A stretch of DNA of 64,000 nt from Octopus bimaculoides (GCF_001194135.2 NC_068981.1:180102558-180166557), one strand, 5' to 3'. Shown: positions 25,603 through 38,986, numbered from the stretch's first letter. The notes: a model not told the origin generated them from the letters alone. Numbers and translations: made by a program.

Positions 25603-26036
25603 TAACAATACAAAGAAAATGGAGAACGCATACACAGAATAATCAATATATTATAATATTATAACAGTCAATTCATGTTGCCTATGCATGTTTCGGTTTA
25701 TTACTTCAATCTATATTTCGGCAATTAAACTGCATTATGAATTTGAAAAAGCAAAAACCTTAATCATTGCAAAAATTGACTGTTATCAAGGTAAAAATTG
25801 GTTGATATTATTTACAGAAAAAAATAATAAGTGGCAATTTTTACCTTGATAATAGACAATTTTTGCCCTGATGAAGGTTTTTGCTTTTTCACATACATAA
25901 TGAAATTTAATTGCAGAAATATGTAATGAAGTAATAAATCGAAACGCGCGTAGGCAACATGAATTGACTATCATAATATTATAATAGATATATTGATTAT
26001 TCTGTGTATGTGTTCTCCATTTTCATTGTATTGTTA
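25603..26036. repeat. ~430-bp imperfect fold-back palindrome of a PLE-type terminal repeat
   Basis: Arms 25603-25800 and 25835-26036 with a 34-nt spacer; the left arm shows CpG decay (cgcgcg to catgca). Confidence 0.88.
25863..25957 (+). ncRNA. Candidate type-I hammerhead ribozyme with canonical core and enlarged stem II domain
   Basis: ttgcc-CTGATGA-a-ggttt...aaatc-GAAA-cgcgcg-TA-ggcaa; predicted GUA cleavage after 25952. Confidence 0.7.
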
Positions 26037-26556
26037 AAATTGTTTCCTATATCCAAAAGCTGGAAACATCTATGGCGACAACGGGAATTTCAAAAGTGTA
26101 AATTACTAATATCGAAGAAGAACCGACAATAAACAATAGTACATATGCACATATGCAATTTCCAGTATCGTTATTCATATAGGGTCAAACCGTTGTATGC
26201 TGGGATAAATATCCCTAGGAAAGAACAACCTCTTCCCACACAGATTTACGCACACACACACATACACACAAATACATATATGCATATANNNNNNNNNNTA
26301 TATATATGATAAATGAGAGAAATAAAAATGCCCATTTATGAATCTGTATGAGTACAAATCTTGCATATAAATGTGACGTGCACACGGGGGGATGGCTGTA
26401 TGTTTACATTGGGGAGGCGGCTGATTCGTTTAAGAATCGTTATCGCAACCATGTCGCCAGCTTCAAGAGTATCAAGAAGTGGCATTCAACATCTTTGACC
26501 GATTTTGTATGGTGAATGAAGAAAGATAAAATTAAGTACAGCATAACTTGGTCCGA

Positions 26557-26815
26557 GGAGGCGCGCGGCCTAGTGGTTAGGGTGTCAGAACCATGAACAT
26601 AAGATTGTGGTTTCGATTTCTGGACCGGGCGACGCGTTGTGTTCTTGAGCAAAACACTTCATTTTACGTTGCTACAGTCCACTCAGCTGGCAAAAATGAG
26701 TAACGCTGCGATGGACTGGCGTCCCGTCCAGCTGAGGAACATGTTCGCCATTGAAACCGGGAAACCAGGCCCATGAGCCTGGCTAGGCTTTACAAGGGCG
26801 CATTTATTTTTATTT
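26557..26815 (+). mobile_element. tRNA-derived CORE-like SINE, body A plus tail X
   Basis: ggaggcgcgcggcctagtggttaggg head; gttgtgttcttgagcaaaacactt body; gctgcgatggactggcgtcccgtccag tail; near-identical to 49044 and 62032. Confidence 0.92.
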
Positions 26816-27369
26816 ATAACATGATCCATAGTAAGGCACGCAAAACCATATAATATCATTTCCAGGAGATGCCGACTCTACTCCGGGGAATTTCTGTCAA
26901 TTCTGTGGACCAATGAGATGGTTAATAGAATTTCTGAAAGACTCTCAAGACGACTACACGCGTATAAATGTACTTTCGCACAATGCAGAGGGAATGAATT
27001 TCAGTAAATTCTAACATAATTTACTTTAAGGTATGGATGAATTAAATTTAGCTTTAGCCACTCCGTTCGTATCAATACCAAGTTTGTGATTGGGGGTGCA
27101 CCAAACCACACGTATGTGTATGCTTACATTTTCGCATATTCTTGTATCAGCAAGGGCATTTGTTCATCCGTACCTGTTAACGGTTATTTTTAATACATTT
27201 CTCGCTGTATTGCGTGTTCGTTTAATTTTTTTTTTTTTGCATCTGTGATTTTATTTTATATATTCTATATAAATGAAGACATTTCCTTAGTTTTGCTGCT
27301 TTTCTTTCTACAAAAGGAGAAGATACATTATGGAAGTGTTATTTTGACAAGTTGTATCTATTTATCACC

Positions 27370-27900
27370 CGATGAGTCACATCTGTACCGCCGGATGCTC
27401 CTGAACCAGTTCTGAAGAGTGCCAATTATGAGGGATCGATGCTAAATATGTCGAAACAATTATCGAGCAATTACGGCAAGATGTGCCTTCGCGAAAACAG
27501 TTGCTGCTGCAAAGCAAAATAAAATTTGGGATTTGCTCAGGATCAAAGTTGGTAACAAAAACAGGACAATAAAAACAAGCAGTAAGGGCTGCTAAGTCAT
27601 AACGAGGTGAGTGAGGTGGCGAACGCTGGAGGAACAAGCTTCGACAGGAGAAAATATAGGACAGGAGACAGACAAGAATGCGTGTGATCTGTGTGCCAGA
27701 TCAAAACGAAAGAAAGAAGCCCAAGTTAGGAAAAGAAAGATGGCCGATGGTCACGTGCGAGCAACCAGAGAGTAAAGAGGAAGGGTGAGAAAGAGAGAAG
27801 GACAGATAGAGAACGGTGACGGGGAGAGAAAAAGAAGTAGAGAAAGGATGAAAGAGAAACAAACGAAAGGGAGAGAAGGGGAGATAAAATGAATTTGAGA
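27370..27900 (-). repeat. Unclassified dispersed repeat (overlapping partial copies at ~38400-38755 + and ~57970-58075 +)
   Basis: Shared ccatcggccatctt, cttagcagccctt, gttaccaa..ttgatc, aatcccaaattttatt; and tagcatcga.ccctca, ggagcatccg.cggtacaga. Confidence 0.7.
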
Positions 27901-28012
27901 AAGGAAGAGAAAGGAAACGAAAGGGAGAGAGAGAACAGTACGGAGTCGCATCAAAATTATTAATATAAACTTACTTGGAAAGTGAATCGTGGCGTTCAAT
28001 CATATAATAATA

Positions 28013-28508
28013 CTAGCAGAAATATCCAGCGTTGCCTGGATTAAAGAAAATAATGAAATTCGAAAATGCCTTTTACATCTCTAACATGACACATGGATTA
28101 CGCAGTTCTCAACAACAGTAATTAGCTGAAGTACAAACTATTAATGTCAATAACATATTTTGTCCAATGTTCTCACTGTTAAAATTGTTAAAAAAAAAAC
28201 AGGTAGTTCTTTGTCTTTGCAATCACCTTCAATTGTCAGTACTTATTTGAAACACATTGAACCTGAAAATGCATAAACTTGAGAAGAACCAGCCTGCAGG
28301 CACTCCTCTCCTGTTAAAAAGTACATCAACTCCATGCAAAATACATTTAAATGAGCATTCATTATAACGGCATTCCCACATGCATTCTTTTCAAGTTATT
28401 TCGATGTTACACTCGCTTGCCCTAAGCCTTATTGCACGCAAATGGAGAAAACGTTCACTGCGTATATATCGATCGCTGTACGCCAGCGTCTAACAGCTTT
28501 GGCTTTTT
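28013..28508 (-). mobile_element. Helitron 3' end, rest lost in gap
   Basis: atccag/ctggat hairpin 7 nt from terminal CTAG|T at 28013; faint helicase C-terminal remnant upstream. Confidence 0.75.
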
Positions 28509-29568
28509 NNNNNNNNNNNNNNNNNNNNNNNNNNNNNNNNNNNNNNNNNNNNNNNNNNNNNNNNNNNNNNNNNNNNNNNNNNNNNNNNNNNNNNNNNNNN
28601 NNNNNNNNNNNNNNNNNNNNNNNNNNNNNNNNNNNNNNNNNNNNNNNNNNNNNNNNNNNNNNNNNNNNNNNNNNNNNNNNNNNNNNNNNNNNNNNNNNNN
28701 NNNNNNNNNNNNNNNNNNNNNNNNNNNNNNNNNNNNNNNNNNNNNNNNNNNNNNNNNNNNNNNNNNNNNNNNNNNNNNNNNNNNNNNNNNNNNNNNNNNN
28801 NNNNNNNNNNNNNNNNNNNNNNNNNNNNNNNNNNNNNNNNNNNNNNNNNNNNNNNNNNNNNNNNNNNNNNNNNNNNNNNNNNNNNNNNNNNNNNNNNNNN
28901 NNNNNNNNNNNNNNNNNNNNNNNNNNNNNNNNNNNNNNNNNNNNNNNNNNNNNNNNNNNNNNNNNNNNNNNNNNNNNNNNNNNNNNNNNNNNNNNNNNNN
29001 NNNNNNNNNNNNNNNNNNNNNNNNNNNNNNNNNNNNNNNNNNNNNNNNNNNNNNNNNNNNNNNNNNNNNNNNNNNNNNNNNNNNNNNNNNNNNNNNNNNN
29101 NNNNNNNNNNNNNNNNNNNNNNNNNNNNNNNNNNNNNNNNNNNNNNNNNNNNNNNNNNNNNNNNNNNNNNNNNNNNNNNNNNNNNNNNNNNNNNNNNNNN
29201 NNNNNNNNNNNNNNNNNNNNNNNNNNNNNNNNNNNNNNNNNNNNNNNNNNNNNNNNNNNNNNNNNNNNNNNNNNNNNNNNNNNNNNNNNNNNNNNNNNNN
29301 NNNNNNNNNNNNNNNNNNNNNNNNNNNNNNNNNNNNNNNNNNNNNNNNNNNNNNNNNNNNNNNNNNNNNNNNNNNNNNNNNNNNNNNNNNNNNNNNNNNN
29401 NNNNNNNNNNNNNNNNNNNNNNNNNNNNNNNNNNNNNNNNNNNNNNNNNNNNNNNNNNNNNNNNNNNNNNNNNNNNNNNNTATATAATACTGAGATAGTT
29501 ACGTACGTATGTTTCGTATATATATTCAGTGACATATACACACATACATGCATGTGTGCAAGCATACA

Positions 29569-29602
<34 letters not shown>

Positions 29603-29772
29603 CATACGTACATGATACGCAAGCATAAGTATACAAAACTAGACCGTCGATTCTACAGTACTGCATGTGCTTATGTGCCAGCGTGTATGTCTGTGTGTAT
29701 ATATGTGTATATATGCATAAATACACACACACACACACACACACACATACACACACACATACACACACACAA

Positions 29773-29809
<37 letters not shown>

Positions 29810-29916
29810 GCTCGCACATGTATAACATGCCCACATACATATTCACACACACATATAACACACACGCACATATATTTATGCATGAATGTGTGTGTTTGTG
29901 CGTATTTGTTTGTGCG

Positions 29917-30000
<84 letters not shown>

Positions 30001-30274
30001 GAGCGTGTGTGTTTCTCTGCATTTAGGTGGGTGTGTGAAAATGGTACTTTCAAGACTTTGTTCTTTGATGTAATTTAAATAGCGAGGGAATGTTTACACG
30101 TCAATATTTGAAAGCTATATTGTGGTATGGTTGTTAGGGAGATGAGATTTAACACAATACAGTCTTTATAACACACAAACATACGCACGCGCACGCACAC
30201 ACATGCATGCATTCACACACACACACACATGTAGACACACCCACGCACACTCATACGCACGTCAAATCGATTAC

Positions 30275-30316
30275 CTGGCTCTCTGATCATATTAGTTTCA
30301 CGGCATGTAGGTGCGT
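30275..30316 (-). CDS. Candidate 42-nt phase 1-1 exon (APTCRETNMIREP)
   Basis: cttcaatcag| acceptor, CAG|gtaatc donor, only one open frame; could be chance. Confidence 0.2.
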
Positions 30317-32149
30317 CTGATTGAAGTTATGTACTCATGTGCATATGTATGAAGAAGTGTACGTGTGTATGTATGCACATATGTGTGTATGCATATAAGT
30401 ATGTGCGCGCATACGTCCGTATTCATGTATGAGTGTGTATGCGCGTGTATATGCATGTATGTGTGTAAGTATGTGTGTATGTGTGTGTGTATGCAGGTAT
30501 TTGTGTGTTTGTACAGTTTTGCATTTATGTAGAAACATAACCTACCTATTCATGTACGTGTATATATGTATATGTGTGTGTAGATAGTATATGTATGTGT
30601 GTGTGTGTGTATATATGTGTGTGTATATATATATATGCATATGTACATATATATGTAAGTTCTACATATATACATGTACATACATGAATATTTGTATATA
30701 TGTATCTTTGTGTGCGTTTGATATATANNNNNNNNNNATATATATATATATACATATATTTGTATATATGTATCTTTGTGTGTGTTTTATATATATATAT
30801 ATATACAAATATTCATGTATGTACATGTATATATGTAAAATTTGCTTTTATTTTTTCTATAAGAAAATGATATATAACTATATCTCTATGTAAGCATGTG
30901 AGTTCGTGCACGATGCTACATATGGAGGTATAATACATGTCGTAACATGTACTACCTACGCAGGTGTCTTCGACTGTTACGTGCACATATCGACATGACT
31001 GAGTACATGGTTCTGAGAGTATACAGTTATGCATTACGTAGATAGGTGTCTATTCGCTTGCTCGCGTGCGTGTGTCTTTACGTGTGTGTCTGCATGTGTG
31101 CCCGCGTGCACACGAAGAAGTGATTGAGGTGAAAAAAGAAATGCAGTGAAGGATGAGAGTTTACTGATCTACGATGAGGTATAAGGTTAGAAGGAAAAAC
31201 GTTCCTTTGAACCTACATGTGATAATGTAGCAAGTCGGAATATGAAAATATGTTCCACTTGTTTGTGTGACTCCATTTTTTCGCAAGTGCATTACACTTG
31301 GTTGATAGAATGGCTAGTAAGTATTGAAGGAGATGCTGACAGGTTGGCCTGTCTTACGACGTAGTATACTTCGAATGTGCGCCGAAATCTATCCGTTGGA
31401 CGTCTGCCTGTATTTTTAATATAAACAAAGCTGCAAAATTCGCATATGATTCAATATATAAGGTTGGACGATGCGCAAGAAAAGTTGCGATATTGCGATT
31501 TAGCGCTTGCAACGACTGTAGTGATAGTGTAGATATTGCAACGTTGTCGGGTACAAATAAAAGTCTTGTGGAGTTTGGCACTGCGGAGCTTCTTGGTAGT
31601 TGTTTTGCGAGATTCTTAATACTGTTGAAGACAAGAAGAGAGGATGTGAGAAAGGTTGGATTAATTGTAAGCCAGAAAGTAGAAATCGGAATTTGCGGAT
31701 GTGTTTATCTTTCAATGGAAAGACAGACAGTTTGAACGTGAGAGAGATTGGAATATGGCGAGAGAGATTATGGGAAGGGCTAGAAGGTCCATGAGGTGGT
31801 CCAAAGCCCAGATCCAGTGGAGTGCAGAGTTCACAACTGATATGATGAAAGGTATCTTCGATTCAGGAAGAATTATCGCATTCTTTCACAATGGGATTCT
31901 AAATCTGTGTCAAGAGCCGGTGAAGGCGAAGGAATTGAGGGAATGATATGGCAGATTTATGGAAAACTTGTTCAAAAGCCGCCCTATCTGGCTGCTTTTA
32001 AGCTAGCTCCAGTAAAGAGCTCTTCATTGGTCCTTCGGCCTAACAATGACACTTCATGCATTGAGTACTTATCAAATTTTATTAAACTTAAACAATAATT
32101 TTCAAGCAAAGAACAATTTTTAATGATATAATTTATCGACTTGGAACTT

Positions 32150-33272
32150 ATTGCGAAGCTGCATGATAAACAACATCTTTTGTCTTCCCATCCAGAGTCA
32201 GTACAAATAGCTTGTTTCCATTCCTTAACCTTGAACAACCAGCATATAACTGGCCTTGAGAAAAGCAGGGTTCCATGAGATGAAGCCCAGTTACTTTCAA
32301 TGATTGTACATGAGACTTATTGATATTGCATCGTTCACTCTCACCGGAAACTGAAGTCTTTTGAATTCAAAAGGAAGATCTGGAAAAATTAAGGGGATTC
32401 TTGGAATTAAAACGCTTTCCTCTTTTCCTGGACCAGTAAGGATTTCTACTTCCAAGGGATGAAGAAGCATTTTCTTGAAAATTAACCTTGTTCCATTACA
32501 AAAGTTTGGAGGATCTGGATTTCACAATAGCATAACTGGCACATTTTCTTTTAGTTCAAGCTAAAGGATTCAATGTGTTCAGGAACTGTCTGCTCTTGTT
32601 CAACTACAGTGTCAATGGAGAAGTACTTTATGCTTTCTTTTGGAATTTCTTGGAGAAGTTTCCACTTGATGCTATTCACAGTTTGATTTTTGGTAGCTAA
32701 TATGACCCTCTCATAAATCCAGTTTGAATCCATGAAATGGTGTTTAATGTTTGGATAAACATGGTTTATCAAGTCTTGTGTACTTGAGAGTGAAACTCCA
32801 CAACTATGTGGGAGTGAAATATCTCCATTTTGATCCATTTTAATGGCTCCATTGCCAAGCTGCAGCAACAAAGCAGCAAATCTTTCTGATTCAAGGTTAG
32901 CTGTGATTCTAACTATCATGTTTGTTTTCAGTCTGAGTCCTTGAACATGGTTCCAGAGGTAAAACTTTTTCAGGCAAGCAATGATTTCATCAGCTGAAGT
33001 TCCTCTTGCAATGACTTGTAATGTTTGTCTAAAATCATCAACGTACAGTGATACCTCTGAGGATTGAATTCCAATCTTTGATGAGTAAGTCACATTTGAT
33101 GAAGAATATCCTCTGCTCTCTTGGATGCAACTTGCTCAGAAGTTTGAGAGTCCCTAAGTCTTTGCATATTCTCTGCATTAGAAGATCTCTTGGCTGCCGT
33201 TCGATCGGGGTTTTTATTTTCACGGAACTTTCTTTTCCGCTCTGCAGCCTTGGCTCTTGATTGCAATCTCAT
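32150..33272 (-). pseudogene. Helitron RepHel pseudogene: basic N-terminus fused to PIF1-like helicase C-half
   Basis: MRLQSRAKAAERKRKFR..., then DDFRQTLQVIARGTSADEIIACLK, HVYPNI, WIYERVILATKN, PVMLL, CNGTRL, PCFSQGQLYAGCSR, KTKDVVYH. Confidence 0.9.
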
Positions 33273-34138
33273 CCTCTGTTGGCGGAGATTTATTTTTGTG
33301 AAACATACTGCTGTTGTATGCGATATGCAACAATAAATTTACCTTTTAAAAGTTCAACGATAATTCTTTTGCCGCCACTTAATTTAAAGACAATTTGATG
33401 TACGTAGAGCCATACTTTTTGTACAAACAATTAGTAGCTGGTACCTATCTAAACTCCTGTTCGTAGTTTGAAGAAAAATTACATCACTGTCGCTAAACAA
33501 TATTTTAAAATGCGCTTTTTATTGTTTGGAATTGCTCAAAACATATTTGACCATAAAGAGGTTTTAAATTTAGTATTTTTTAGTATTTCTAAGGTAATAA
33601 TAAAATTAGTCGAATCTATTTTCACGCAGCCGGAGTGCGCTAAGTTTCCACAGCTCCGACGGCCGACGGCATGAAAATAGTTCCGACAAATTTTATTAAT
33701 ATCTACAAAAACACTAAGTTTCCAACATTTTTAAGGTATAGAGTTATGAGAAGTAATATTATATGAGTTCAATATGTATTTCAGTTCCGAACGTTATGAA
33801 GCATGTGTTATGGTTAAATTACTTGATACAGTTATAACACTTAGAGAAAGATATTTTTCAAAACCTTTATTTTGGAAATTATTTTGAAAATACTTTTAAT
33901 ATTCAGAGAAATTTTTTTTTTTTCAAAATGCTAGAATTAAGAAAAAAAAAACTGTTTAGAGAGTAGTATTATGGTTAAATTATTTGATACAGTTATAATA
34001 TTTAGAGATAGATTTTTTCAAAATGTTAGGATTTAGAAAGGAAAGTTTTTTAGAGAGTAGAATGGCACTAACTTTTATGAAGAAATTTCACCAATTGTTT
34101 GTAGACTTTAATAAATGTCCAAGTGCTTTCAGTTCTCA

Positions 34139-34525
34139 AAGTTATAAAGCAAGTGTTATGGTTTAAAACAGAAAGAGCTACCAAGAATGAAGAATAGTGG
34201 AAGAGTCATTGAATAATTAGAGAGGGGTAAACCATAAGGAATAGTAGAAGAGTCATTGAATAATGAGAGAGGGGTAAACCATAAGGAATAGTAGAAGTGT
34301 CATTGAATAGTGAGAGAAATGTAAAGCATGAGGATTAGTAGAAGTGTCATTCAATAGTAAGAAAGGGGGTCGGAGGTGTAAAGTTGAAAAAAAGTTATAA
34401 AGCACTGTTATGGCTTAAAACAGACAGAGCTAACAGGAGTGAAGAATAGTAAAAGAGTCATTGAATAGTGAGAGACGGCTGAAGCATGAGGAATAGTAGA
34501 AGTGTCAGTGAATAGTGAGAGAGCG
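34139..34525. repeat. 47-bp minisatellite with higher-order duplication inside the Helitron 5' region
   Basis: Units start at 34192, 34239, 34286, 34333; the ~52-bp leader plus two more units recur from ~34392. Confidence 0.85.
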
Positions 34526-34827
34526 GGTCGTGTTACACACTCATACACCGACATTCACTTTCGCACTTATTATCATAGAAGGATTTTGTCTGAAACGACG
34601 AATTTTCCAGACTCCAAGACAAATTCAGTAGACTTCAACGTACACACACATACACACACGCACACACGCACGCACACACACACGTGCACACGTGCGCACG
34701 CATGCACGCACATACATACGCACGCACGCGCACACTCACACATGAGTATGTGTGTGCTGAGTATATATTTTGAGTATGTGTGTATACGTGGTAGTGTGTG
34801 TGTATGTGCGTGTGTGTTTGTGCGTGT

Positions 34828-34867
<40 letters not shown>

Positions 34868-36104
34868 GTGTGTGTGTGTGTGTATGTGTGTGTATATAAA
34901 CTGAAAATTCGACACAACGTATATGAAGTTTATACCTTAACCAAGGTTATGATCGTATGTTTAATAAACATATATTTAGCACCACTGTAGTTAACACACA
35001 CTCGGCCATCAGTGATTTAAAGAGAGAAAAAGAGAGTGAAAAAGAGAGAGAAAAAGAGAGGGGGAAAGAGGGATAGGGGGAGTGCATTAAACCGCGGTGC
35101 AATTTGTCCGCGGATGTTAAATGAACCACCGGCACAGCTTATATATGATTAAAATTGTAATGAGATTAAAATCTTATACTTATAAACATATCGATAGTTT
35201 TGCAATAAAAACAAACTTGGACTTGGTCTGATGGCACTCAAAATATTTATTTGTGCCAATGGTGACTTTCGCATAGCAACAAAAGATGAGAATGTGAACG
35301 GTTACATTGGCTTTAATTGAAGTTGTATGCACTCGATAACGCCTCGTTCTTGGTTTATGACTGTTGAAAGAGCTGTCGTTTAAACGCGAGAGCTCTTTTT
35401 ACAGCGCAGCTACACGTCTTTAATATATGATTATAACATTGATCTTTATAACATAATCCAAGAAGTGTTCCCATGATGAATTGCTGTGGTTCCGTATTCA
35501 ATTGCACTTAGAGCATCTATGAAGAGGTCGCAAATAACCACAATGGTGAGACGTACGTAGTGAACAAATGATATAAGTTTGAGTTTATTATGATTTCTTC
35601 TACATCTACTCTGTGTCATAACCAATAACAATACTTAGCGCAATGGTAGCCACGCCACTATACTGGATGTTGATATTCTATGTGGAACTCTCAACTCACC
35701 AGTTGCAGTCGTATATCTAACCGTACACACATGATATTCAATAATTTTATTTTATATTCAAAAATAAAGATCACAAACTAATCAGATCTATCCCTTTTTT
35801 CCTACCGAAGAAGAAATAAAACCTGAAGTTACTGCTAATTTACTTTCCTCAGCAGGAATAGAATTACATGTTTAAAAATAAGTGTATACCTTAGATTTCA
35901 GTATATGAAGACATATATAATGTCGTTCAATGAACTAATAGATTAGTCACATGTGTCAGTAAACGCACTCTTTTGCAAGTTAAACTGATCTAGCTTCTAT
36001 ACGCATCAAATGGTTATACAATACTAGTTGCTCTGAGGAAACAATTAGTTCTCTGATGACGGTGTAACAAGTATAGAAACTAATCAATAAATATACACAT
36101 ATTT

Positions 36105-36325
36105 AAGTGTGTGTGTGTGTTTGTGTTTGTCCCCCCCCACCCACACACACACACCATCGCTTGACAACTAATGTTTGTGTGTTTATGTCCCTGAAACTTA
36201 GCGCTTCGGCAAAAGAGACCGACAGGCTGTCAAACAATAAGCCCTGGGGTTGCTTTCTTCAACTAAAGGTGGTGCTCCAGCATGGCCGCAGTCAAATGAC
36301 TGAAACATGTAAAAGAGTAAAAGAA
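36105..36325 (+). mobile_element. 3' half of SINE family C, starting at the internal microsatellite
   Basis: ccatcgcttgacaac...gctccagcatggccgcagtcaaatgactgaaacatgtaaaagagtaaaaga. Confidence 0.85.
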
Positions 36326-37158
36326 TGGCGTACTACGGATAGCTTTCGGAGCACATTGGAAGCATGCTACTATGTACGCCAGGCCAACCTGTCGGCATCC
36401 ACTTCAATGTACATTTGTATGCATATGAACATATACATGTGTGTGTATGCATGTGTGCGTGTGTGCGCGCGTCTGTGTACGTGTGTTTGTGTATACATGC
36501 ATACATACATAACATATAGATATATGTGCATATATAGATACGTGTACGTACACAATTATACTTTACATTCCCCCACACACACACAAGCGCACACAAATGT
36601 TTGTAGATAAGTGTAACCTTCTTTTACGCTACTTCATTAGAACAAATGAAAAATCAGGATGTTTTTCCTAGCAGTAAAATTTACATACTCTAATGTGAGC
36701 ACTTCGAGTCGATCTTTTATGCAGTATATGATACATGGTCATATTAACATCATATTAACCATATTCACTTGCTGCTTCTCAAAGTTCATTTGCCACTGAA
36801 AAGCACTTCAAAATGTTTCAATAGATAATGGTTGCGTTGTATACAAATTCTGCGATTCTGCTTATATCCCTGCACTTCTAAAATTTGCCTGTTTTGAAGA
36901 AGATAGTGCAATCACGTTCTTTCTTTTCTTTTTTCATTCTTTTTTTTTCTTAGAACGATCGCAGCGTGTTTCTATTTTGAATGCATTTGCGCTGGTTTGT
37001 TAGTTTATCGAACGGACTATATGATTCTGTTGAGTTCAATGAGGTGAAGTAAGCTTTCACCGTGTGCCATAAGGAACAGGAATCAGCATATGTTTATCAC
37101 AGACGTACACACGCACATATACCTAGAAAGCTAGTTGCATAGATAGACAAACAGATAA

Positions 37159-37223
<65 letters not shown>

Positions 37224-37240
37224 ATGATAGATAGACAGAC

Positions 37241-37277
<37 letters not shown>

Positions 37278-37489
37278 GAAATACATACATATATATACAT
37301 ACATGCATATATACATGCATACATAGATACATACATACATACATACATACATACATACATACATACATACATGCATACATACATATACTTCAGCAATGTT
37401 ACTACACACGGGCTATTGGCGATTTCTTTTCCTTCTTTGGACTATTTTTGAATTGGTTGCATTTTTGAATTCACGTTTTTTTAATTGAA

Positions 37490-37522
<33 letters not shown>

Positions 37523-38986
37523 NNNNNNNNNNNNNNNNNNNNNNNNNNNNNNNNNNNNNNNNNNNNNNNNNNNNNNNNNNNNNNNNNNNNNNNNNNNNNN
37601 NNNNNNNNNNNNNNNNNNNNNNNNNNNNNNNNNNNNNNNNNNNNNNNNNNNNNNNNNNNNNNNNNNNNNNNNNNNNNNNNNNNNNNNNNNNNNNNNNNNN
37701 NNNNNNNNNNNNNNNNNNNNNNNNNNNNNNNNNNNNNNNNNNNNNNNNNNNNNNNNNNNNNNNNNNNNNNNNNNNNNNNNNNNNNNNNNNNNNNNNNNNN
37801 NNNNNNNNNNNNNNNNNNNNNNNNNNNNNNNNNNNNNNNNNNNNNNNNNNNNNNNNNNNNNNNNNNNNNNNNNNNNNNNNNNNNNNNNNNNNNNNNNNNN
37901 NNNNNNNNNNNNNNNNNNNNNNNNNNNNNNNNNNNNNNNNNNNNNNNNNNNNNNNNNNNNNNNNNNNNNNNNNNNATTTCTGAATTTTCAGTATGTTGGA
38001 GAAGCAGGTTACTGTCAATCCCTATATATTTATGATTATAAATGTTTTTTACCGAAAAGGTTTTTTCATACTGAGCTACCCGGCAAAATTGTTAATTATT
38101 AATTTTATTACTAATTGACGATTCCCTGCCCTGCATATCTATATATATATATATATATATATACATAAAAATATACATACATACATATATATATTATATA
38201 TTATATATATATTATGTATATATATAATAATAATATAAGTAATATATATGTATGATAGAACGCCACGCATCCTCTTTCAAGTAAGTTTTTTCTTAATAAT
38301 TATGATGAGTACTCTTCTATCTTTTTACTCTCTTTCTCTCTCTTATACTTTTACCTCCTCTTCTTCCATTATTCTATCCTATTACTCTTTCGTTTTTTGT
38401 CTCTTCCTTTCTCCCCTTTTCCCATCCTGTTTTTCTCACTTATCCTGTCACCAATTTTTTCCTCTCGTCTTCACAGTTCTCTGTCTGTCACTCTCTCTCG
38501 CTCACTCTTCCTCCCTTGCTCACGTGGCTCCCATGTTGCCATCGGCCATCTTTCTTCTAACTTGTGTTTCTTCCTTTCTCTCCGTTGTAGCTGGAACAAG
38601 GAAGACGTGTACTTGTCTGTCTCCTGTCCAGGCTTGATTTACGCGTTCGCCACCACAACCTCGCATAGGCTTAGCAGCCCTTCCTGTTTGTTTTCACTGT
38701 CCTGTTTGTGTTACCAATTTTGATCTTCTGCAAAATCCCAAATTTTATTTAATTTGATTTGCGGTAGTACCTTTTATCGAAAGCGTATCTTGTTTTTAAA
38801 TGCTCGAAATACGAGAGTAGAAATACAGCCAACCACTGTTGAAGGATTGTTTTTTTCTTTTTGTGTTGGTTGTCTTGTTTTCCATTTGTGTCTTTCGTTG
38901 TTCGAAAAAAATAGTACATATTCCTTGTACTCGCACTTCGTACTTTATGTTGTACACGTTTCGTGACGTCCTGTGTTCACATATGC

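Larger units (their letters stand above)
31970..34583 (-). mobile_element. Second internally deleted Helitron (3' boundary approximate)
   Basis: 5' A|TCCTTCTATGATAATAAGTGCGAAAGTG at 34583; RepHel fragments; tandem repeats in the 5' region. Confidence 0.78.

Noticed and set aside
26557-26635. SINE heads read as tRNA genes (also at 41482, 49044, 4983)
   Set aside because: A and B boxes are present but there is no complete cloverleaf, and each continues into SINE body.
30269-30282. ttacctggc resembling the U1 snRNA 5' end
   Set aside because: Only about 9 nt match and no downstream U1 structure; it is simply the reverse complement of a donor-like site.
34192-34525. CRISPR-like regular repeat
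   Set aside because: Head-to-tail units with no unique spacers, eukaryotic context, no cas genes.
28013-34583. One 6.6-kb Helitron joining the 28013 3' end to the 34583 5' end
   Set aside because: The 28013 piece appears to carry its own helicase C-terminal remnant, so two elements are more likely.
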